Part shown: positions 38,259-46,085 of the stretch, in pieces | Position numbering within the stretch: position 1 is the first letter of the stretch | Layout: each line of letters opens with the position of its first letter | Source of the DNA: Candidatus Latescibacterota bacterium | GTDB taxonomy: Bacteria; Latescibacterota; UBA2968; UBA8231 | Direction of reading: 5' to 3' | DNA length: 64,000 nt | NCBI GenBank assembly: GCA_965215195.1 | Contig: CBDCDC010000002.1 | Span: forward strand, 2,784,001 to 2,848,000 | The notes under the pieces: model-generated | Told to the model about the DNA's origin: nothing | Databases searched by the model: none | Seen by the model: only the letters and a program-made list of their open reading frames with translations | Made by a program: the position numbers and the translations under genes

Positions 38259-39785
38259 ATGCCCTCCACTGTCCTCTCAGCCGCCACGCTCGGGATTGAC
38301 GCGTACCCGATCCACGTCGAAGTCGATACTGACCGCAGCTTGCCGACCTTCACAGTCGTCGGCCTGCCCGACTCCGCAGTGCGCGAAAGTAAGGAGCGCG
38401 TCTTAGCGGCCATCAAAAACGCTGGCTATCAGTGGCCGCGCCGCAAAATTACCATCAATCTCGCACCGGCCGACCGCAAGAAGGAAGGCTCGGCTTTCGA
38501 CCTGCCCATAGCCGTCGGCGTCTTGGCGGCCTCCCAACAGATCAAGCCCGTGTGCCTCGCCGAGTTCGCGCTCTTGGGCGAGCTGTCGCTCAACGGCAGC
38601 GTGCGCCCGGTCCACGGCATGCTTTCTATGGCCACGTCCCTGCACCAGCAGGGCCTCTATGGCATGATCGTGCCGACGCAAAACGCCCGCGAGGCCGCCA
38701 TTGCCAATGGGCCGCTCGTCTATGGCGTCAGTTCGCTGAGCGAAGCGCTGGCCATTTTGACCGGCGATGCGCACCAACGGCCCTATGAATTGAACGTGGA
38801 GGAGGTGTTTCGCAGCAATGCCAACTACGGGGTTGACTTTGCGGAAGTGCGCGGCCAAGATCACGCCAAGCGCGCCCTCGAAGTCGCCGCCAGCGGAGGG
38901 CACAATTTGCTCATGGTCGGCCCGCCCGGCTCGGGCAAGACCATGCTCGCCCGCCGCCTGCCCACGATCCTCCCGGCACCAACCCTGCAAGAAGCGCTCG
39001 CCACCACCAAAATTCATTCGGTCGCCGGCATCCTTCCCATAGGCCAAGCCCTAGTCGCCACCCGGCCCTTCCGCGCTCCGCATCACACCATCTCGGACGC
39101 CGGCCTCATCGGCGGCGGTGCGTACCCCCGCCCGGGCGAGGTGTCGCTCTCCCACCACGGCGTGCTCTTTCTCGACGAGCTGCCCGAGTTTCGCCGCAAC
39201 GTCGTCGAAGCCCTGCGCCAGCCACTTGAAGACCACACAGTCACCATCACGCGGGCGCAGATCGCGCTCGCCTATCCAGCGGATTTTACCCTCGTCGCGG
39301 CGATGAATCCCTGCCCCTGCGGCTATCTTGCGGACCCCCGTCGCACCTGCACCTGCTCTCCGGCAGCAATCCGCCGCTATCGCGCGCGCGTTTCCGGGCC
39401 GCTCCTCGATCGCATCGACATCCACATTGAAGTGCCAGCCCTCGCCTACGACGACTTGGCCAACAAACAAGGCGGCGAAGACTCAGCGCAAATCCGCCAG
39501 CGCGTCAACGCCGCCCGCCAGCGGCAACTCGACCGCTTTGCCGGCGAGCTATTCTGCAACGCTCAGATGAGTACGCGGCACATCCGCCGCCACTGTGCGC
39601 TCGACGCCGCCGGGCAGGCCCTCCTCGAAAAGGCCATGGCCCGCCTCGGTCTCTCGGCCCGGGCCTACGACCGCATCCTCAAAGTTGCCCGCACCATAGC
39701 CGACTTGGCCGACGCCCCGATCCAGTCGCAGCACTTAGCGGAAGCCATACAATATCGGGCACTGGATCGCAGCATCCTTCAGTAG
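38259..39785 (+). CDS. comM: YifB/ComM Mg-chelatase-like AAA+ ATPase
   Basis: VGLPD, GPPGSGKT, PFRAPHH, LFLDE, AAMNPCPCG, SGPLLDRID. Confidence 0.92.
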   Translation: MPSTVLSAATLGIDAYPIHVEVDTDRSLPTFTVVGLPDSAVRESKERVLAAIKNAGYQWPRRKITINLAPADRKKEGSAFDLPIAVGVLAASQQIKPVCLAEFALLGELSLNGSVRPVHGMLSMATSLHQQGLYGMIVPTQNAREAAIANGPLVYGVSSLSEALAILTGDAHQRPYELNVEEVFRSNANYGVDFAEVRGQDHAKRALEVAASGGHNLLMVGPPGSGKTMLARRLPTILPAPTLQEALATTKIHSVAGILPIGQALVATRPFRAPHHTISDAGLIGGGAYPRPGEVSLSHHGVLFLDELPEFRRNVVEALRQPLEDHTVTITRAQIALAYPADFTLVAAMNPCPCGYLADPRRTCTCSPAAIRRYRARVSGPLLDRIDIHIEVPALAYDDLANKQGGEDSAQIRQRVNAARQRQLDRFAGELFCNAQMSTRHIRRHCALDAAGQALLEKAMARLGLSARAYDRILKVARTIADLADAPIQSQHLAEAIQYRALDRSILQ

Positions 39786-39885
39786 CTGGGAACCCAGCGG
39801 AGGCCCGCACACCCAACGTAGCGCATTAAGTTCCCGCGCTTCATATTCCTGTATCGCCGTTTCCACCCCTAAGAAGGAACCGATC

Positions 39886-40815
39886 ATGGCCTCTAGTCCC
39901 GACCCGCGAATCCCCTGGTACACCCCGGTCGGCGCGGTAACAGTAGAAAAGCATACCCCGGACAAACTGCACCAAGGCAAGGTGCTGGCCGCTGTCCAAG
40001 CCCACGCGGATGATATTCCCCTCTTCTGCGCCGGTCTCGTCGCCAAGCTCATCGCCGAAGGCTACACCGCCTATTTGATCCAGACCACCAACGACGAGAA
40101 GTGCGGACCGGGCACGATGGGCGAGACTATCCTCCAAAACGAGCGCGAAGTCGAAGTGCTAGCCGGAGAGTTGGGCTTCAAACAGGTCATCCACCTCGGC
40201 TACCGCAATCACTTCCTCGACGAAGCCGCCCCCACCGAGCTGAGGGCCCGACTGGTCTTTCTGATCCGCGCCCTCAAAATCGACACCATCACCACCTTTA
40301 GCCCTTGGGGCCACTGGGAGGAAAACCCGGATCACTACATCACTGGCCAAGCGGTCGAAGCGGCGCGCTGGATGGCCGGCATGGGCAAGGATTACCCCGA
40401 ACAACTAGCTTGCGGCCTCCAGCCTCACTCGGTCAAAGACCTCTATTACTGGACCTGCCGCCCGGGCCAGCCCTACAACACGGTCGTCGATATAGCTCCT
40501 CATCTCGACGCAAAGGTCGCCGCCATGAGTGCCAACAAGGCCCAAGGGCCGGCGGGTGCCCACGGCCGCCGCCTCAAGGAACGGCTGGCGCACCAAGGCA
40601 AGCACCTGCCCGCCTTGGGCGGCAGCGACGAGGAGGCCGACCGCCAGTACATCCGCCTCTTTGGCTTGCAAGAGTACCAGCGCCTCGGTGCACCCTACGG
40701 CTTGGACTACGCCGAGGCGTTCTACTACATGCCGCCCGGCGGCACCTTTACCGGCGCGATGAGCCCAGCGGAGATCGAGCACTACATCGAAGAGCACGCC
40801 GAGGACTTGGGCTGA
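39886..40815 (+). CDS. PIG-L/LmbE family deacetylase
   Basis: AHADD, ENPDH, YAEAF. Confidence 0.85.
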   Translation: MASSPDPRIPWYTPVGAVTVEKHTPDKLHQGKVLAAVQAHADDIPLFCAGLVAKLIAEGYTAYLIQTTNDEKCGPGTMGETILQNEREVEVLAGELGFKQVIHLGYRNHFLDEAAPTELRARLVFLIRALKIDTITTFSPWGHWEENPDHYITGQAVEAARWMAGMGKDYPEQLACGLQPHSVKDLYYWTCRPGQPYNTVVDIAPHLDAKVAAMSANKAQGPAGAHGRRLKERLAHQGKHLPALGGSDEEADRQYIRLFGLQEYQRLGAPYGLDYAEAFYYMPPGGTFTGAMSPAEIEHYIEEHAEDLG

Positions 40816-40925
40816 GAAGCGTCGGATTGCGCTGTTGCGGAACAGAGCCTGAAAGACAGCGAGAAATTTACAATTCAATGGGGATTCCTTTAATTTGCCG
40901 CACAAACGGATTGGGAGAAGCCGCG

Positions 40926-41810
40926 ATGAAACTCACGACGGAACAGATCGCAGAATTCAACACCCGCGGCGTCATCATCGCCCGCGGGGTGCTTACCCAC
41001 GACGATTTGCAGTCGGTGATCGACGAGCTATCGGCGTGGATTGACGCACGGGCGCGGACGCTGTATGAGGCGGGCGAAATAGCAGACCTGCACGAGGACG
41101 CCCGGTTTGCCACGCGCTACGGCTTGCTGTTCAAACAGTGCCCGGACATCGGGCGCGGAATGGACATTATGCACTATCGGGGCCGGGCCATGTTCGCATT
41201 CCTCCGCAATGAAAACTTGCTCGACCTCCTCGAGTCCCTCCTGGGTCCCGAGCTGACTTGCAACCCCATCCAGCACTTGCGGGCCAAGCCGCCGCAAGCC
41301 TACGAAAACCGCGATGGCCCTTCCTTCCACAACGCGCCCTGGCACCAAGACGCCGGCGTGATGATGCCGGAAGCCGAAGGCTCGGACGTGGTCACCTGCT
41401 GGTTGCCTTTGGCCGCAGCCACGGTAGAGACCGGCTGCATGGAGGTCTTGCCCGGGCTCGTCGAAACCGGCTATCTCCGGCATTTGGCGGCTGGCGGCAC
41501 CACCATCGCCCCCGAGGCCATGCCCCACGTTGAACCCATCCCCTTGGAGTGCAAGCGCGGCGATGTGGTGCTCATGAGCCGCTTTACGCCCCATCGCTCC
41601 ACCCCCAATTACTCCGATCAGTGCCGTTGGTCGCTGGACCTGCGCTACCAGCCCACCGGCGAGCACACCGGCCGCACCGGCCACCCGGACTTTGTGGCGC
41701 GCTCCCGCCGCGATCCGTCCAGCGAACTGACCGACTACGAGGAATGGTGCCGCCTGTGGATGGACGCCTTTGAGCATCCCCGCGGCGTGGTCGCGCACCG
41801 CGGCGAATAG
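40926..41810 (+). CDS. PhyH-family dioxygenase
   Basis: WHQD, TCWLPL, GDVVLM..TPHRS, RWSLDLRY. Confidence 0.88.
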   Translation: MKLTTEQIAEFNTRGVIIARGVLTHDDLQSVIDELSAWIDARARTLYEAGEIADLHEDARFATRYGLLFKQCPDIGRGMDIMHYRGRAMFAFLRNENLLDLLESLLGPELTCNPIQHLRAKPPQAYENRDGPSFHNAPWHQDAGVMMPEAEGSDVVTCWLPLAAATVETGCMEVLPGLVETGYLRHLAAGGTTIAPEAMPHVEPIPLECKRGDVVLMSRFTPHRSTPNYSDQCRWSLDLRYQPTGEHTGRTGHPDFVARSRRDPSSELTDYEEWCRLWMDAFEHPRGVVAHRGE

Positions 41811-42041
41811 AAGAAGTGACCTATTCGACATGGGCATCCGGGCAAACTGTATTTGAGCACTTTGCAGTGGACAGGCGTTATCAGGTATCAGAGACGTATT
41901 GGCCGAGATGCTTACAATGACGCGGGTAAAGTGGCCTATTGTTAAAATACCTTGAAAGGCAATGCCGCGGATGCCACAGAAACGCATTGCTATATATGAA
42001 GCGTCTATAATCCATGATCTATCTGTGAAAGGAGTCGTTGC

Positions 42042-42731
42042 ATGACACAAAGTAAAACGCGTAGCAACAGGGGAAATGAGCCGAGCGTCGAGCTCGTCGA
42101 GCTCTCCGTTGTTTTGGCCGCAAATGCAAACAATCCATCCATCTTAGATCTCAATTTCTTGCAGTACAACGAAATCGTGAATCCAGCTTGGCAGGTACAA
42201 GGTTCCCCCGTCTTGAGTCCAGCTCTTGCCCAAGTGTCATTTGAGGGCGGACTTACCGTGACCGCTGACCTAAAACGCGTCATCTTTGAGCAAAAAACCG
42301 GAGGCAAATTGGTCGCATCAGAAGCGGCGAAACGCTATCTTCGACAGGTCCCGCATGTTCCTTATACCGCCATCGGCATCAATCCCAAGTTCTTTCTGCG
42401 CTCAACGGGAGAGCATCTGCCGCTTATGGAGAGTGTAGTGAGCGATCAAGGCACTTGGATGTCGTTCAAGGATGTAGTGCCGACAGTTCAACTGAAATTG
42501 ACCTATGGCTACGAAACAAGGACTATTTCCCTTGATGTTATCCAGCTTGAACAAACGACAGATGACCCGCCGTTCTCTGGGATACTGTTCCAAGCGAATG
42601 TCCATCGTGATGTGGATGGACCGAACGCACAAGCCCGTAACAAGCGCATCCGGTCTATTTTGGACAGGTGGGAAGACGATCTAGAGGATATTCGTCAGTT
42701 GAGTAAGGTTCTGTCAGGAGGGATGAAATGA
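42042..42731 (+). CDS. Hypothetical protein (TIGR04255-like, tentative)
   Basis: AAGGAG RBS; SVVLA..NNPSIL, PYTAIGIN, FQANVHRD; lower GC than flanks. Confidence 0.55.
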   Translation: MTQSKTRSNRGNEPSVELVELSVVLAANANNPSILDLNFLQYNEIVNPAWQVQGSPVLSPALAQVSFEGGLTVTADLKRVIFEQKTGGKLVASEAAKRYLRQVPHVPYTAIGINPKFFLRSTGEHLPLMESVVSDQGTWMSFKDVVPTVQLKLTYGYETRTISLDVIQLEQTTDDPPFSGILFQANVHRDVDGPNAQARNKRIRSILDRWEDDLEDIRQLSKVLSGGMK

Positions 42732-43600
42732 CTGCGGTCCTCGGTGAATCTAGGCCGATCACATATTACTGGGACGAACCCGTATCGCCAACGGCTGTAG
42801 ATCCTACTCCAGTCATACCGCCGGAGCCTCCTGCGAAAGATGATTCGGCAGACGTGGGATACTCAGAGTGGAGTAGAGCAGAAGAACATTCCTCTACGAG
42901 CCAGATTGCGGAACGTTTTTCCGGGGCGTTTCCTGCTGCCTTATTCGGTCTTGAGCCGATCAACGACGAGGCGAGGGAAGAGAGCTCACCGGAATCGCCC
43001 GAAACGGTCTTACAGAACATCTTCGATATTCTCAAACGGCATTACAATACTCATCCCATGTCGGCGTATGTATCTCCGTATGTATCTTCAACGTGGAATG
43101 AGGGAGGAAATCACCACGTCTGGTTTGAAGTACACCAGATTGCGGAACGTTTTTCCGGGGCGTTTCCTGCTGCCTTATTCGGTCTTGAGCCGATCAACGA
43201 CGAGGCGAAGGAAGAGAGCTTACCCGCTCTGCTCGCCAATGCCCTGCGCGATCTTCAAGAGATCAACGACGAGGCCGACGAAGAAGGAATTGAGCCACCT
43301 TCTGAACCGGCCATTGCTAACGCGGATCGTCTGATACGAGCAATCTATGACATATTGCCGCGTCAGTATCTGGTGGAACTCCTGCCAGAGGGGGTTATTG
43401 CTATCACTGTTCCCGGTGGGTTGTCGTGCCCGTTGGGCACGGTGAAGCGGCGTTCAGTTATGTTGTTGTGCGAATCTGACGGCGGAGCATTGTGCTCTGT
43501 CAACATGAACGGCGAACACCGACGCAAACGGTATTCAAACGCGAACCAACTGCCGGATAGATTTCTGCGTGAAGCCTTGAGTGAACTGGGGCGGGAGTAA
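42728..43600 (+). CDS. Acidic hypothetical protein with internal 28-aa repeat
   Basis: ATGA overlap with upstream gene; QIAERFSGAFPAALFGLEPINDEA(R/K)EES twice. Confidence 0.6.
   Translation: MTAVLGESRPITYYWDEPVSPTAVDPTPVIPPEPPAKDDSADVGYSEWSRAEEHSSTSQIAERFSGAFPAALFGLEPINDEAREESSPESPETVLQNIFDILKRHYNTHPMSAYVSPYVSSTWNEGGNHHVWFEVHQIAERFSGAFPAALFGLEPINDEAKEESLPALLANALRDLQEINDEADEEGIEPPSEPAIANADRLIRAIYDILPRQYLVELLPEGVIAITVPGGLSCPLGTVKRRSVMLLCESDGGALCSVNMNGEHRRKRYSNANQLPDRFLREALSELGRE
42901..43220. repeat. 86-bp direct repeats (1 mismatch), 234 bp apart
   Basis: 42901-42986 and 43135-43220. Confidence 0.95.
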
Positions 43601-43614
43601 ATCGGTTGGCTCGC

Positions 43615-44052
43615 ATGAGCCTCCCTCAGAGCATATCTCCGAACGAGACTTTGGGGCGAGGCGTATTTTCAAGCAGACAGGCACGTCAAGCTAAAAATGG
43701 GATAGTTCCCCGCCGTGCATTTCTCGAACGACGAGGGGAAGTGAATATCTCCGTTGACCGGCTTGATTTCGCGGAACCCGAAGAGGCGGCGACGCTTGGC
43801 GACAGTGTAGCAGTTGGCCGTAGTGTAGGCCGTAACGTCACATTTTATGGCTGGGCCGTCATTGTCGCTGCAGACGCCGGAAGCAATGGACGGCGGGTGG
43901 TTGCCACTCCATTATCCGACAATCCATACCATACAGACATTATCTTGCCCGACTCCGCAGCAGAGGACCGCGACGAACAGATTCGTCACGCCCAAGAGCT
44001 GGCGGATGCGTCCCACTGGCGCGAGCGCCCGGACTCCACGAAATTGCATTAA
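43615..44052 (+). CDS. Hypothetical protein, possible ART-like toxin (alternative start TTG 43606)
   Basis: LGR..F, AFL, ISVDR, NPYHTDI pattern. Confidence 0.5.
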   Translation: MSLPQSISPNETLGRGVFSSRQARQAKNGIVPRRAFLERRGEVNISVDRLDFAEPEEAATLGDSVAVGRSVGRNVTFYGWAVIVAADAGSNGRRVVATPLSDNPYHTDIILPDSAAEDRDEQIRHAQELADASHWRERPDSTKLH

Positions 44053-44093
44053 CTCACTCTGGCTGCCACAGCGAACCGAAAGACAGGTGCAAA

Positions 44094-46034
44094 GTGGACC
44101 TAGACGAACTGCTGCGCGACGTGGACCTAGACGAAATGTTGCGCCTCTACGACGAGGCGGCTGAAGAATTGATGCAAGTCGCCAGAAGCGACGGCCACTT
44201 CGCCGGCCGCGACCCGGGCGAAATCACTTGGCCGGCGGGCAACGATCTCGACGCGCTCACGCGCCGCGCCGCGCTGATCGACACCATTCACGAGGGCATC
44301 CCCCCGCTCCGCGACAAGCGCCTGCAAGAGGCTTATGACCACTACGAGCGCGTTGGCCCGGCGTACCACCAAGCGAACCGCCTCTACCTAGCAACGCGCC
44401 AGCACTTCGTCGAACTGGGGCGCGGCGACGCGCTCGACTTCCGCGCACTCTACCAATCGGTCTATCTACACGCCCTAGGCCGCGACAACCCCTACACCCT
44501 CGACGAAGGCGAGGCCGCCCTCGTCAAGCTGCGGGTCGCCCGCGTACCCCTGTCCCACGCCCACGCGGTCGCCGAGAAGCTACAAGCCGGTGCAGCGCAA
44601 AAAGAGCCCGCGACCGACGCGGCAGACGATCCGCGCTTGGCCGAGCACTACGCCTGCGAAATCGACGGAGTGCGCCACGCCGGGACTCTGAGCGACCTAC
44701 TTGGCGAGGTTGCCGAGCGCGTCGTCGATTACCTCGCGGCTGGCGAGCACTTCGCCATTCGCTTCAACACCTATAGCAACTTCATCTATCTCGGTATATC
44801 GGTGTGGAAGGCCATCACGGACGCCGACGTGCTCTTGGCGCGCATTGAGGGCCGGGTGCGCGTCCAATGGCAGCAAAAGCTGGGCAAGTTGGTCCTGCTA
44901 GGTAAGGCCATGCTGCTCAAGTTCCTCCAAGCCCATTCCGAAGACCCCGCCCAGATCAAGCCGCGGGAATTTTGGTACGGCCAAGAGTATAGCTATCTGA
45001 CCCGCGACATGATCGACCTGACGCGCCGCTTAGTCGGCCACGTCAACCGACTGGCGAGCCGGGTGCGCGGGGGGGTTGATCCGGTGGTCCTGCCGCCCCT
45101 GCTCGCCGGCAAGGCCAAGGGCCGCTTTCTCGAATACCAGCACGTCGGGCGAGGCCAGACCCTCGGCTCGTGGCACCGCCGGGTGCGCCTCTTGCGCTGG
45201 GCTTTGCTCTACTATCGCACTGGACGCAAAAAAATGAGCCTGCTAGCGGCTCAGCTCCCAGAAGCAGAGCGCCTCAAAGCCGCCAGTGCCCAAAGCAGCG
45301 AATGGGGGAGGGAATCGCTGGACATTTTCGGCATTGAACTGGCCATCAGCGCCGATCCGCTCTTCGCTGCCACTGCCCGCGACCTCGACCTAGCCAACAA
45401 ACAGGAGAAGGTCCTTTTTCTTCCCACGCACCGCAGCCTCTTCGACCATCCGGTGATGAGCAGCCTGCTCCACGACCCCCGCTTCCTCGAGCTGATGGGC
45501 TGGCGCGAACCGCCCGCGCCCGTGAGCCTCGCCCGCGCCCGCCTCACCGAACCCGCAACCCTGCGCATTGGCGGCCGCTCTTTTTCTCTGATTGGCTTTA
45601 CTACCGAGGAAGTTGACAACATGATGGAGGCCGTTGACGGGCACGTCCTTATGACCCGCTCGGCCGACACGAGCAATCCCACGCGCCGCTTTGCCAAGCT
45701 CCTCGCCGAGCGGCCGGGCGTCGTCTATGGCGAGGGCACCACCGCCGCCTTTGAGCCTCAGTGCCTGCCCATGCAGCACGCGCTCTTTGCTTACCTGCCG
45801 CCCGACGTAATCATCGTGCCGCTGGCGTTGCGCGGCATCCACTCGCTGTGGCCCAAGTGCCCCCGCGGCAATCTCGACATCGGCAGCGGCCGGGTCGAAG
45901 TGGTGGTTTGTCCGCCGATGCTCGGCGAAACCACGCTCCTGCCGCGCAAGCGCGCCCTGCGCACCCAGCTAGAGCCGGCGACGCTCTTCCAAGCCGTACA
46001 CATCGCACGGCTTTTTAATCCGGAACCGAGCTAG
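44094..46034 (+). CDS. Protein with C-terminal PlsC-type acyltransferase domain
   Basis: PTHRSLFD (HxxxxD), YGEGT, IVPLALRG. Confidence 0.7.
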   Translation: MDLDELLRDVDLDEMLRLYDEAAEELMQVARSDGHFAGRDPGEITWPAGNDLDALTRRAALIDTIHEGIPPLRDKRLQEAYDHYERVGPAYHQANRLYLATRQHFVELGRGDALDFRALYQSVYLHALGRDNPYTLDEGEAALVKLRVARVPLSHAHAVAEKLQAGAAQKEPATDAADDPRLAEHYACEIDGVRHAGTLSDLLGEVAERVVDYLAAGEHFAIRFNTYSNFIYLGISVWKAITDADVLLARIEGRVRVQWQQKLGKLVLLGKAMLLKFLQAHSEDPAQIKPREFWYGQEYSYLTRDMIDLTRRLVGHVNRLASRVRGGVDPVVLPPLLAGKAKGRFLEYQHVGRGQTLGSWHRRVRLLRWALLYYRTGRKKMSLLAAQLPEAERLKAASAQSSEWGRESLDIFGIELAISADPLFAATARDLDLANKQEKVLFLPTHRSLFDHPVMSSLLHDPRFLELMGWREPPAPVSLARARLTEPATLRIGGRSFSLIGFTTEEVDNMMEAVDGHVLMTRSADTSNPTRRFAKLLAERPGVVYGEGTTAAFEPQCLPMQHALFAYLPPDVIIVPLALRGIHSLWPKCPRGNLDIGSGRVEVVVCPPMLGETTLLPRKRALRTQLEPATLFQAVHIARLFNPEPS

Positions 46035-46085
46035 GGGATCCAGTAGAATTGAGAACGCGGCAACCCTTAATAAGGAAATTGAGCC

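Noticed and set aside
40305-40925. 501-aa version of the PhyH ORF
   Set aside because: The extension overlaps the PIG-L gene in another frame; an RBS and PhyH-type start lie at 40926.
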